From Macrostomum lignano (lineage: Eukaryota): DNA of 64,000 bases. The stretch lies in assembly GCA_002269645.1 (NCBI GenBank), contig NIVC01000038.1:744001-808000 (forward strand), read 5' to 3'. Below the pieces are notes generated by a model. The model ran no database searches. It saw nothing but the letters and a program-made list of their open reading frames with translations, and was not told the DNA's origin. Below, piece by piece: positions 35,201 to 63,260 of the stretch (its first letter is position 1; every line of letters begins with the position of its first letter). The translations under genes were made by a program, and so were the position numbers.

Positions 35201-38200
35201 TCAGCCTCCCAGATCCTCAGTTGCTGGACCAGCCTCCCAGATCCTCAGTTGCTGGGCCAGCCTTTCAGATCCTCAGTTGCTGGACCAGCCTTTCAGATCC
35301 TCATCAGTTGCTAGGCCAGCCTCCCAGATCCTCAGTTGCTGGGCCAGCCTCCCAGATTTTCATTTGCTGGGCCAGCCTCCCAGATCCTCAGTTGCTGGGT
35401 CAGCCTCTCAGATCCTCAGTTGCCTGGCCAGCCTCCCAGATCCTCATCAGTTGCTGGGCCAGCCTCCCAGATCCTCAGTTGCGGGACCAGCCTCCCAGAT
35501 CCTCAGTTGCGGGACCAGCCTCCCAGATCCTCAGTTGTTGGGTCAGCCTCCCAGATCCTCAGTTGCTAGGCCAGCCTCCCAGATCCTCAGTTGCTGGGCC
35601 ACAGCCTCCCAGATCCTCATCAGTTGCCTGGCCAGCCTCCCAGATCCTCATCAGTTGCCTGGCCAGCCTCCCAGATCCTCATCAGTTGCCTGGCCAGCCT
35701 CCCAGATCCTCATCAGTTGCCTGGCCAGCCTCCCAGATCCTCATCAGTTGCCTGGCCAGCCTCCCAGATCCTCATCAGTTGCCTGGCCAGCCTCCCAGAT
35801 CCTCATCAGTTGCCTGGCCAGCCTCCCAGATCCTCATCAGTTTCCTGGCCAGCCTCCCAGATCCTCATCAGTTGCCTGGCCAGCCTCCCAGATCCTCATC
35901 AGTTGCCTGGCCAGCCTCCCAGATCCTCATCAGTTGCCTGGCCAGCCTCCCAGATCCTCATCAGTTGCCTGGCCAGCCTCCCAGATCCTCATCAGTTGCC
36001 TGGCCAGCCTCCCAGATCCCCATCAGTTGCCTGGCTAGCCTCCCAGATCCTCATCAGTTGCCTGGCCAGCCTCCCAGATCCTCATCAGTTGCCTGGCCAG
36101 CCTCCCAGATCCTCATCAGTTGCCTGGCCAGCGTCCCAGATCCTCAGTTGCTGGGCCAGCCTCCCAGATTTTCAGTTGCTGGGCCAGCCTCCCAGATCCT
36201 CAGTTGCTGGGTCAGCCTCCCAGATCCTCAGTTGCTGGACCAGCCTTTCAGATCCTCATCAGTTGCTAGGCCAGCCTCCCAGATCCTCAGTTGCCTGGCC
36301 AGCCTCCCAGATCCTCATCAGTTGCTAGGCCAGCCTCCCAGATCCTCAGTTGCTTGGCCAGTCTCCCAGATTCTCAGTTGCTGGGCCAGCCTCCCAGATC
36401 CTCATCAGTTTCCTGGCCAGCCTCCCAGATCCTCATCAGTTGCCTGGCTAGCCTCCCAGATCCTCATCAGTTGCCTGGCCAGCCTCCCAGATCCTCATCA
36501 GTTGCCTGGCCAGCCTCCCAGATCCTCATCAGTTGCCTGGCCAGCCTCCCAGATCCTCATCAGTTTCCTGGCCAGCCTCCCAGATCCTCATCAGTTTCCT
36601 GGCCAGCCTCCCAGATCCTCATCAGTTGCCTGGCCAGCGTCCCAGATCCTCAGTTGCTGGGCCAGCCTCCCAGATTTTCAGTTGCTGGGCCAGCCTCCCA
36701 GATCCTCAGTTGCTGGGTCAGCCTCCCAGATCCTCAGTTGCTGGACCAGCCTTTCAGATCCTCATCAGTTGCTAGGCCAGCCTCCCAGATCCTCAGTTGC
36801 CTGGCCAGCCTCCCAGATCCTCATCAGTTGCTAGGCCAGCCTCCCAGATCCTCAGTTGCTTGGCCAGTCTCCCAGATTCTCAGTTGCTGGGCCAGCCTCC
36901 CAGATTCTCAGTTGCTGGGCCAGCCTTTCAGATCCTCATCAGTTGCTAGGCCAGCCTTCCAGAACCTCAGTTGCTGGGCCAGCCTCCTAGATCCTCAGTT
37001 GCTGGACCAGCCTTTCAGATCCTCATCAGTTGCTAGGCCAGCCTCTCAGATCCTCAGTTGCCTGGCCAGCCTCCCAGATCCTCATCAGTTGCTGGGCCAG
37101 CCTCTCAGATCCTCAGTTGCGGGACCAGCCTCCCAGATCCTCAGTTGGTTGGCCAGCCTCCCAGATCCTCAGTTGCTAGGCCAGCCTCCCAGATCCTCAG
37201 TTGCTGGGCCACAGCCTCCCAGATCCTCATCAGTTGCCTGGCCAGCCTCCCAGATCCTCATCAGTTGCCTGGCCAGCCTCCCAGATCCTCATCAGTTGCC
37301 TGGCCAGCCTCCCAGATCCTCATCAGTTGCCTGGCCAGCCTCCCAGATCCTCATCAGTTGCCTGGCCAGCCTCCCAGATCCTCATCAGTTTCCTGGCCAG
37401 CCTCCCAGATCCTCATCAGTTGCCTGGCCAGCCTCCCAGATCCTCATCAGTTTCCTGGCCAGCCTCCTAGATCCTCATCAGTTTCCTGGCCAGCCTCCCA
37501 GATCCTCATCAGTTGCCTGGCCAGCCTCCCAGATCCTCATCAGTTTCCTGGCCAGCCTCCCAGATCCTCATCAGTTTCCTGGCCAGCCTCCCAGATCCTC
37601 ATCAGTTGCCTGGCCAGCCTCCCAGATCCTCATCAGTTGCCTGGCCAGCCTCCCAGATCCTCATCAGTTTCCTGGCCAGCCTCCCAGATCCTCATCAGTT
37701 GCCTGGCCAGCCTCCCAGATCCTCATCAGTTGCCTGGCCAGCCTCCCAGATCCTCATCAGTTGCCTGGCCAGCCTCCCAGATCCTCATCAGTTGCCTGGC
37801 CAGCCTCCCAGATCCTCATCAGTTGCCTGGCCAGCCTCCCAGATCCTCAGTTCCTGGGCCAGCCTCCCAGATCCTCAGTTGCTGGGTCAGCCTCCCAGAT
37901 CCTCAGTTGCTGGGCCAGCCTCCCAGATCCTCAGTTACTGGGCCAGCCTTTCAGATCCTCAGTTGCTGGACCAGCCTTTCAGATCCTCATCAGTTGCTAG
38001 GCCAGCCTCCCAGATCCTCAGTTGCTGGGCCAGCCTCCCAGATTTTCAGTTGCTGGGCCAGCCTCCCAGATCCTCAGTTGCTGGGTCAGCCTCCCAGATC
38101 TTCAGTTGCTGGACCAGCCTTTCAGATCCTCATCAGTTGCTAGGCCAGCCTCCCAGATCCTCAGTTGCCTGGCCAGCCTCCCAGATCCTCATCAGTTGCT

Positions 38201-41200
38201 AGGCCAGCCTCCCAGATCCTCAGTTGCTTGGCCAGTCTCCCAGATTCTCAGTTGCTGGGCCAGCCTCCCAGATTCTCAGTTGCTGGGCCAGCCTTTCAGA
38301 TCCTCATCAGTTGCTAGGCCAGCCTTCCAGATCCTCAGTTGCTGGGCCAGCCTCCTAGATCCTCAGTTGCTGGACCAGCCTTTCAGATCCTCATCAGTTG
38401 CTAGGCCAGCCTCTCAGATCCTCAGTTGCCTGGCCAGCCTCCCAGATCCTCATCAGTTGCTGGGCCAGCCTCCCAGATCCTCAGTTGCGGGACCAGCCTC
38501 CCAGATCCTCAGTTGTTGGGTCAGCCTCCCAGATCCTCAGTTGGTTGGCCAGCCTCCCAGATCCTCAGTTGCTAGGCCAGCCTCCCAGATCCTTAGTTGC
38601 TGGGCCACAGCCTCCCAGATCCTCATCAGTTGCCTGGCCAGCCTCCCAGATCCTCATCAGTTGCCTGGCCAGCCTCCCAGATCCTCATCAGTTGCCTGGC
38701 CAGCCTCCCAGATCCTCATCAGTTGCCTGGCCAGCCTCCCAGATCCTCATCAGTTGCCTGGCCAGCCTCCCAGATCCTCATCAGTTGCCTGGCCAGCCTC
38801 CCAGATCCTCATCAGTTGCCTGGCCAGCCTCCCAGATCCTCATCAGTTGCCTGGCCAGCCTCCCAGATCCTCATCAGTTGCCTGGCCAGCCTCCCAGATC
38901 CTCATCAGTTGTCTGGCCAGCCTCCCAGATCCTCATCAGTTGCCTGGCCAGCCTCCCAGATCCTCATCAGTTGCCTGGCCAGCCTCCCAGATCCTCATCA
39001 GTTGCCTGGCCAGCCTCCCAGATCCCCATCAGTTGCCTGGCTAGCCTCCCAGATCCTCATCAGTTGCCTGGCCAGCCTCCCAGATCCTCATCAGTTGCCT
39101 GGCCAGCCTCCCAGATCCTCATCAGTTTCCTGGCCAGCGTCCCAGATCCTCAGTTGCTGGGCCAGCCTCCCAGATTTTCAGTTGCTGGGCCAGCCTCCCA
39201 GATCCTCAGTTGCTGGGTCAGCCTCCCAGATCCTCAGTTGCTGGACCAGCCTTTCAGATCCTCATCAGTTGCTAGGCCAGCCTCCCAGATCCTCAGTTGC
39301 CTGGCCAGCCTCCCAGATCCTCATCAGTTGCTAGGCCAGCCTCCCAGATCCTCAGTTGCTTGGCCAGTCTCCCAGATTCTCAGTTGCTGGGCCAGCCTCC
39401 CAGATTCTCAGTTGCTGGGCCAGCCTTTCAGATCCTCATCAGTTGCTAGGCCAGCCTTCCAGATCCTCAGTTGCTGGGCCAGCCTCCTAGATCCTCAGTT
39501 GCTGGACCAGCCTTTCAGATCCTCATCAGTTGCTTGGCCAGCCTCTCAGATCCTCAGTTGCCTGGCCAGCCTCCCAGATCCTCATCAGTTGCTGGGCCAG
39601 CCTCCCAGATCCTCAGTTGCGGGACCAGCCTCCCAGATCCTCAGTTGGTTGGCCAGCCTCCCAGATCCTCAGTTGCTAGGCCAGCCTCCCAGATCCTCAG
39701 TTGCTGGGCCACAGCCTCCCAGATCCTCATCAGTTGCCTGGCCAGCCTCCCAGATCCTCATCAGTTGCCTGGCCAGCCTCCCAGATCCTCATCAGTTGCC
39801 TGGCCAGCCTCCCAGATCCTCATCAGTTGCCTGGCCAGCCTCCCAGATCCTCATCAGTTGCTGGGCCAGCCTCCCAGATCCTCAGTTGCGGGACCAGCCT
39901 CCCAGATCCTCAGTTGGTTGGCCAGCCTCCCAGATCCTCAGTTGCTAGGCCAGCCTCCCAGATCCTCAGTTGCTGGGCCACAGCCTCCCAGATCCTCATC
40001 AGTTGCCTGGCCAGCCTCCCAGATCCTCATCAGTTGCCTGGCCAGCCTCCCAGATCCTCATCAGTTGCCTGGCCAGCCTCCCAGATCCTCATCAGTTGCC
40101 TGGCCAGCCTCCCAGATCCTCATCAGTTGCCTGGCCAGCCTCCCAGATCCTCATCAGTTTCCTGGCTAGCCTCCCAGATCCTCATCAGTTGCCTGGCCAG
40201 CCTCCCAGATCCTCATCAGTTGCCTGGCCAGCCTCCCAGATCCTCATCAGTTTCCTGGCCAGCCTCCCAGATCCTCATCAGTGTCCTGGCCAGCCTCCCA
40301 GATCCTCATCAGTTGCCTGGCCAGCCTCCCAGATCCTCATCAGTTTCCTGGCCAGCCTCCCAGATCCTCATCAGTTGCCTGGCCAGCCTCCCAGATCCTC
40401 AGTTCCTGGGCCAGCCTCCCAGATCCTCAGTTGCTGGGTCAGCCTCCCAGATCCTCAGTTGCTGGACCAGCCTCCCAGATCCTCAGTTGCTGGGCCAGCC
40501 TTTCAGATCCTCAGTTGCTGGACCAGCCTTTCAGATCCTCATCAGTTGCTAGGCCAGCCTCCCAGATCCTCAGTTGCTGGGCCAGCCTCCCAGATTTTCA
40601 GTTGCTGGGCCAGCCTCCCAGATCCTCAGTTGCTGGGTCAGCCTCCCAGATCTTCAGTTGCTGGACCAGCCTTTCAGATCCTCATCAGTTGCTAGGCCAG
40701 CCTCCCAGATCCTCAGTTGCCTGGCCAGCCTCCCAGATCCTCATCAGTTGCTAGGCCAGCCTCCCAGATCCTCAGTTGCTTGGCCAGTCTCCCAGATTCT
40801 CAGTTGCTGGGCCAGCCTCCCAGATTCTCAGTTGCTGGGCCAGCCTTTCAGATCCTCATCAGTTGCTAGGCCAGCCTTCCAGATCCTCAGTTGCTGGGCC
40901 AGCCTCCTAGATCCTCAGTTGCTGGACCAGCCTTTCAGATCCTCATCAGTTGCTAGGCCAGCCTCTCAGATCCTCAGTTGCCTGGCCAGCCTCCCAGATC
41001 CTTATCAGTTGCTGGGCCAGCCTCTCAGATCCTCAGTTGCGGGACCAGCCTCCCAGATCCTCAGTTGGTTGGCCAGCCTCCCAGATCCTCAGTTGCTAGG
41101 CCAGCCTCCCAGATCCTCAGTTGCTGGGCCACAGCCTCCCAGATCCTCATCAGTTGCCTGGCCAGCCTCCCAGATCCTCATCAGTTGCCTGGCCAGCCTC

Positions 41201-42112
41201 CCAGATCCTCATCAGTTGCCTGGCCAGCCTCCCAGATCCTCATCAGTTGCCTGGCCAGCCTCCCAGATCCTCATCAGTTGCCTGGCCAGCCTCCCAGATC
41301 CTCATCAGTTTCCTGGCCAGCCTCCCAGATCCTCATCAGTTGCCTGGCCAGCCTCCCAGATCCTCATCAGTTTCCTGGCCAGCCTCCTAGATCCTCATCA
41401 GTTTCCTGGCCAGCCTCCCAGATCCTCATCAGTTGCCTGGCCAGCCTCCCAGATCCTCATCAGTTTCCTGGCCAGCCTCCCAGATCCTCATCAGTTTCCT
41501 GGCCAGCCTCCCAGATCCTCATCAGTTGCCTGGCCAGCCTCCCAGATCCTCATCAGTTGCCTGGCCAGCCTCCCAGATCCTCATCAGTTTCCTGGCCAGC
41601 CTCCCAGATCCTCATCAGTTGCCTGGCCAGCCTCCCAGATCCTCATCAGTTGCCTGGCCAGCCTCCCAGATCCTCATCAGTTGCCTGGCCAGCCTCCCAG
41701 ATCCTCATCAGTTGCCTGGCCAGCCTCCCAGATCCTCATCAGTTGCCTGGCCAGCCTCCCAGATCCTCATCAGTTGCCTGGCTAGCCTCCCAGATCCTCA
41801 TCAGTTGCCTGGCCAGCCTCCCAGATCCTCATCAGTTGCCTGGCCAGCCTCCCAGATCCTCATCAGTTGCCTGGCCAGCCTCCCAGATCCTCATCAGTTG
41901 CCTGGCCAGCCTCCCAGATCCTCATCAGTTTCCTGGCCAGCCTCCCAGATCCTCATCAGTTGCCTGGCCAGCCTCCCAGATCCTCATCAGTTGCCTGGCC
42001 AGCCTCCCAGATCCTCATCAGTTGCCTGGCCAGCCTCCCAGATCCTCATCAGTTTCCTGGCCAGCCTCCCAGATCCTCATCAGTTGCCTGGCCAGCCTCC
42101 CAGATCCTCAGT
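32279..42112. repeat. about 9.8-kb mixed 28/31-bp minisatellite with higher-order structure
   Basis: Units GGGCCAGCCTCCCAGATCCTCAGTT(C/G)CT (28 bp) and GGCCAGCCTCCCAGATCCTCATCAGTTGCCT (31 bp), interspersed with recurring variant blocks. Confidence 0.97.
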
Positions 42113-42494
42113 AGCTATGCTGCCCTCCCAGTTTCATAATTTTGGCATCGTAAAATTGATCAATAGAAAGCAAATAGCAAACAGATAGAAGTCAACTTGC
42201 ACTACTCGTCAGTAGTGCTACGCAATGTTCTCAACGCAAGCAACAATGAAACAAAGTTGCTTTATAGTCGCGCAAAGCACAATCTCAGCCCCATTGGTTG
42301 AGCCGCTCTCAGCCAATCGTAGCCAAGCTTTCAGTTTTCACTGGGCCTGGCAGATGCAGTAAAAGCTACGGGCATGGAAGCCAGTGCCACGCAGAGGTGT
42401 CGCACAGATTTCATCGCTGCACCGATTAGAACAAAAAATAACAAGCACACGGAGCGAATTCAATTTTATAGTTGTCCGCTGTTTGACCTGGAAG

Positions 42495-57351
<14,857 letters not shown>

Positions 57352-57499
57352 GGATTCCGCAATGAATTACCAGTTGGTAGCCAGGCAGGTAAGATTGAAA
57401 AAGTGTAATTAATATTACACGAAACCCATTAACCCAGGTATGAATTATATGCGTTAATAGATTCTGTTCTTAGTTGGTACAGTAGCTTAATTGGTGCTG

Positions 57500-58355
57500 C
57501 TGGCGCCTCTGGTGCTGGCGCCTCTGATGCTGGCGCCCCTGGTGCTGGCGCCCCTGGTGCTGGCGCCTCTGGTGCTAAAGCCCCTGGTGCTAAAGCCCCT
57601 GGTGCTAAAGCCCTGATGCTAAAGCCCCTTTGCTAAAGCCCCTGTGCTAAAGCCCCTGGTGCTAAAGCCCCTGTGCTAAAGCCCCTGGTGCTAAAGCCCC
57701 TGATGCTAAAGCCCATGTGCTAAAGCCCCTGTGCTAAAGCCCCTGGTGCAAAACCCCTAGTGCTAAAGCCCCTAGTGCAAAACCCCTAGTGCTAAAGCCC
57801 CTGTGCTAAAGCCCCTGATGCTAAAGCCCATGTGCTAAAGCCCCTGTGCTAAAGCCCCTGGTGCTAAAGCCCCTAGTGCTAAAGCCCCTAGTGCTAAAGC
57901 CCCTGGTGCTAAAGCCCCTAGTGCTAAAGCCCCTGGTGCTAAAGCCCCTAGTGCTAAAGCCCCTGGTGCTAAAGCCCCTGGTGCTAAAGCCCCTGGTGCT
58001 AAAGCCCCTGGTGCTAAAGACCCTGAGCTAAAGCCCCTGGTACTAAAGGCCCTGAGCTAAAGCCCCTGGTACTAAAGGCCCTGAGCTAAAGCCCCTGGTG
58101 CAAAACCCCTAGTGCTAAAACCCCTAGTGCTAAAGCCCCTAGTGCAAAACCCCTAGTGCTAAAGCCCCTGGTGCTAAAGACCCTGAGCTAAAGCCCCTGG
58201 TACTAAAGGCCCTAGTGCTAAAGCCCCTGGTGCTAAAGCCCCTAGTGCTAAAGCCCCTAGTGCTAAAGACCCTGAGCTAAAGCCCCTGGTACTAAAGGCC
58301 CTGAGCTAAAGCCCCTGGTGCAAAACCCCTAGTGCTAAAGCCCCTAGTGCTAAGA
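57500..58355. repeat. 14-15-bp minisatellite (GTGCTAAAGCCCCTG)n
   Basis: Seen directly in the sequence. Confidence 0.95.
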
Positions 58356-59548
58356 CCCTGCGACGCCAAAGAGTGGCTGCGGCGCCGAAATGAGTGTAAA
58401 TGTCTGGGGCGCAAAAATGAGCGCTGACAATCTGAAAATATTGTACATATAGGAATTCAGTCCTTGTAGTAAATGTAGAATTCTTGGCTTTGATCCCCCC
58501 ACCATGAAATCCATGACGAAGCCCCTATCACCAGTAATGCTTAATAATTTCAGACTTCGAGTTCCATTCGGATCCAAAGACAAAACCTGAGAAATCAAAC
58601 GGAAGCAGCTCAGAACGATATATTTATATTGTACATTATTGTTGCATAATTGAATCATTTTCAATAACCCACTGCACTTGTAGCCAGTAGAGGCCCATCA
58701 GGCCCAGGAAATGCATGAAATTGAATTAATAATATTTCTTATTAAACTTGTAAACCGAACTAATAAAGCACTGTGCACGTTTGTCCTCTTACTTCACCTA
58801 CCGTTGTCAGCGTTTTCAAATTTTATTTAACTGTAAATAAAGTTATATACTTTTTCAGCCGATCAATTTTTCACAGTTGGTTTTTTATAGAAAACCCAAA
58901 CTCACATTACCTCATATGTTGCAAATGCAACTGAAAATTAGGCATGAAAAATGCCCATCGAAAGTCATTTTTTATTTGTTAAAACTGCGGAAGATTTCTA
59001 CCTTTGTTATAATCAACTTGTTGTACTTGTCTCTGCCGTTTCTCTAACTTCATTTGCACAGAAAATGACCCCAGAGAGTACATTTCGTACTTTAAACAAA
59101 AAAGCAATGTTTCTTAAATACTTTACGAATTAATTACTTTCGCTGATAAGATTTGTTTAAATCTAGGCGCACCATTTTAAAAATAAAAGATTTTTGTTCC
59201 AAAATATTGTTTCACTTTCGAAAATACAAACAAGCAAAGATGGTCGTGGTCTTTTTTTATTAGCTTATTAACCGTTATTGTGTTTTGAAGTAAATATATA
59301 TTTATGTAAAAAATGAAGAAATAAAATCAAACAACCGTTATGGCATTTTAAAAACAGAAAAAACACCGCTAGCTAATAAATAAACGATATTTTTGCGGAA
59401 GAGTTAAGCGAGGGGGGGGGCTGCGTTTGCTAATTTTGAAATATGAACCGTATTTATTAAATTTTCTTTTATTTAATCTTAGTTCTGTCAGTGTTGAATT
59501 ATTACTTATAATATACAACAACAAGGCCAACTAAAGCAACGTATACAC

Positions 59549-59940
59549 AGGGCGCGACACTGACGTTTCATGGAAAAGGTTTTGAAGGCCACTTTTCGCC
59601 GAAAATCACAAGTATATACTACGAAGATAGGAAGTTTTCATTTTTTTCAGCACAAAAAAATTGTTTTTTGTTTTTGATAGGAGGCAGATCCAATGTTTAT
59701 ATTTTTATATGTTGTGCCTTTCTGTACGTAGGCAGGCACAGAAATGTACGTAAAATAAAAAAATTTCTGAACGAAAAGCTTTATGAATATCAATAGATAA
59801 ACACTGGATCTGCCTCCTATCGAAAGCAATAACAATTTTGTGCTGTAAAAATGAAAACTTCCTATCTCCGTAGTGTATTTTTCGACGAAAAGTTGCCTTC
59901 AAACAAAACATTTTCCATAAACTTCGAGTGTTGCGTCCTT
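59549..59940. mobile_element. foldback/MITE with about 150-bp imperfect terminal inverted repeats
   Basis: The left arm (AGGGCGCGACACTG...TGAAGGCCACTTTTCG...GATAGGAAGTTTTCA...GATAGGAGGCAGATCCAATGTTTAT) is the reverse complement of the right arm ending at 59940. No TSD was recognised. Confidence 0.8.
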
Positions 59941-60897
59941 CGACTTTAGTAGTCCCGTTGAACAATCAATATAATCTATGAATACTGTACTAGATTATTT
60001 ATTGTATTGTATAATCTAGAACAAATATCTATTATATATTATTTTTGAAGAAAACATTCAATATTTTCATTATGCTTCTATAACATTAAATATTATATAC
60101 TTGATAACAGATTTATTTTGTTCCAATTTCCAATTCCAAAATCAAATTCAAAAGCAATAAAGGCAGCGATAAGATAAAAACAGTGTGGGACGCATGCAGA
60201 GCTGACGCGCACCGAAGGCAAGTGATAATTAAAAAAAAGAAAATCATTGGCAATAATATTCATACTATAAGAAACTGTAAGGCAAAAGTTAATATTCAGA
60301 TTTAGTAATCGTCTCTCACTCAAAACCAGGCAATTATGGAAGCTTCTAGAAATGCTGTGCGACGCTGGGGCGCCCGACACTGCCAACGGAGCGGATTTCG
60401 TTCGCTCCCAGGCTCTGCGGCGCGCCATCTGACGCGCCCTGCTCTAACTGACTTTGCTTGCGGGGCCGCGTATTTTGTTGTTGTTCTAGAAATGTTGACG
60501 GCACCAGAAGAGTAGCATAAAGCAAAAGACTTATAGAAATATAAATTTTAAAAAATTGGCAAAACTACAACCGATCCGTATGCTATAAGTAGCACACGAA
60601 GCAATAAGCTTGTTAATACAATTATTTTAAATAAAAAACACAAAACGCGCACCAAAATAATGCAGATAAATTAAAATGATAACAAATTATTCGGCTGAAA
60701 AAACATTAACCAGCAACCATTAGGCAGGCTATAGAGTTAGTCTTGTTCGTGACGCTTCAATCCGCAAAACAACTTGTGCTTTGGCAAGCGGCTTGTCAAA
60801 CTATTCAACTGCTGAAATATGAATTTTGCAATTGCATTATTAATGCATTAGAATCTTGGCTGACTATCTGAGACAAATTTGATATTCTAGATTCACA

Positions 60898-61400
60898 CAG
60901 GGGTTGGCAAGCTCCGGCCCGCGGGACACATGCGGTCTGCAAAACCTTTCGAACCAGTCATCAGGTCCTTTGGAACTTCATATCCGGTCAGCTCATGGTT
61001 TGTGTCTCTTCTCAGCTCTCTAATCTCCTATCTCTTTTCTCTTCTTCTCTTCTCTCCTCCCCTCTCCTTCTCTTCTCTTCTCTCTTCTCTTCTATCCTCA
61101 CCTCTTTCCCCTCTTCTTCTGTCCTCTCTCCCGTCTACTCTCCTCTCTTTTCTTTTCTCTCTGCTCTCCTCTCTTCTCCTCTTTCCTCTCTCCTCTCTTC
61201 CCTTTTGTCTCCTCTCCTCTCTCCTCTCCTCTCTTTTCTTCCTTCTCTGCTCTCCTCTCCTCTTCTTTCCTCTCCTCCCCTATCTTCTTCCTCTTCTCCC
61301 TCCTCTCCTCTCCTCTTCTCCCCTCTCCTCTTCTTCCCTCTCCTCTTCTCTCTCCTCTCTCCTCCCCTCTCCTCCTCCTCTTCTTCTCTCTTCCCTCCTC
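60898..61400. mobile_element. truncated, reverse-orientation relative of the hAT-like MITE at 19520-20119
   Basis: Starts CAGGGGTTGGCAAGCTCCGGCCCGCGG, followed by a CT-rich tract. The second TIR was not found. Confidence 0.65.
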
Positions 61401-61548
61401 GATGGGATTGTTGTAGTGAAAAACTTACAGTAGATAATATAAAGATACACACATGATAGTGTGGGATTTAACATGGATCCTTTGTCTATGAGTATTTAGA
61501 TGTTGGTCTAATGATATAATTTGCAAAGAAACAACTTTAATTACGTAC

Positions 61549-61826
61549 CTGTTAAGCTCTCGGCGAAGCTCCTGCATCTTGTGAAACGACTCGGCGTGGT
61601 ACTGCATCTGAGCCTCGGTAAAGTCTTTCAGAGCGCGCAGATGATTGACCTAAAATATTTATTATACACAGTTTTAATTAATATTAAACAGGACAGCATC
61701 AGCTAATGGTCATCCACTATATTAAAGACGACTCACATGAGCACCCTTGATGCCCTCAAGCAGCAGTCGGGTTACCTCAAGCTGCCGCTCGTACTGCTGC
61801 TGCTCCTTGGCGTAATCAGACTCCGA
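61549..61826 (-). CDS. SH3GLB1: endophilin-B (SH3GLB1/2-like) BAR-domain C-terminal exons; partial gene with upstream exons outside the window
   Basis: Exon 61826-61737 (SESDYAKEQQQYERQLEVTRLLLEGIKGAH) and exon 61649-61549 (VNHLRALKDFTEAQMQYHAESFHKMQELRRELN), with AG/GT boundaries. These match the endophilin-B signature RQxExTRLLLEGI...HLxxLxDFxEAQ. Confidence 0.88.
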
Positions 61827-61904
61827 CTGGGGAAGGAGAGACCGGACAAGAGGGATAACAGCGTAACTTTCAATTCAAGAGCTGGAAAAACCGTACTTTT
61901 CAAA

Positions 61905-62150
61905 ATTACAGATCCCATCTCCCCTTCAGAAACCTCAGATCCCATCTCCCCTTCAGGAACCTCAGATCCCATCTCCCCTTCAGAAACCTCAGATCCCATC
62001 TCCCCTTCAGAAACCTCAGATCCCATCCCTCCCCTTCAGAAACCTCAGATCCCATCCCTCCCCTTCAGGAACCTCAGATCCCATCTCTCCCCTTCAGAAA
62101 CCTCAGATCCCATCCCTCCCCTTCAGAAACCTCAGATCCCATCTCTCCCA
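61905..62150. repeat. 27-bp minisatellite in the endophilin intron
   Basis: Unit CAGATCCCATCTCCCCTTCAGAAACCT. Confidence 0.9.
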
Positions 62151-62440
62151 GAGTGCAGAGAGAGATAGAGAGAGTAGGGTGAGATGGAGAGTGGAGAGGG
62201 AGATGAGAGAGAGAGTAGGTTGAGAGGGAGAGTGCAGAGGGAGATGAGAGAGAGTAGGTTGAGAGGGAGACTGCAGAGGGAGACAGTAGATGTATCGATA
62301 GGTGCAACATCTTTCCAGTCATTAATGAGAGCACCTGGAACGCAAGAAAAGTCAGCAACCTCAATTAAAGTTTTTTAAGTGAATTAAGTTGAAAGTTTTG
62401 CGCAGCCCCACCAACTTGGTGAACTGAGAGTCAATCACTT

Positions 62441-63260
<820 letters not shown>

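Noticed and set aside
32279-42112. CRISPR-like array (repeat length 28-31 bp)
   Set aside because: The units are directly adjacent with no unique spacers, there are no cas genes, and the context is eukaryotic.
32195-42188. Dozens of long overlapping + strand ORFs (up to 658 aa) with PGQPPRSSSVAWPASQILISC repeats
   Set aside because: They are an artefact of stop-free 28/31-bp units. Both lengths are 1 mod 3, so one peptide cycles through all three frames, and variant units introduce TAG freely. The - strand is closed by TGA in every unit.
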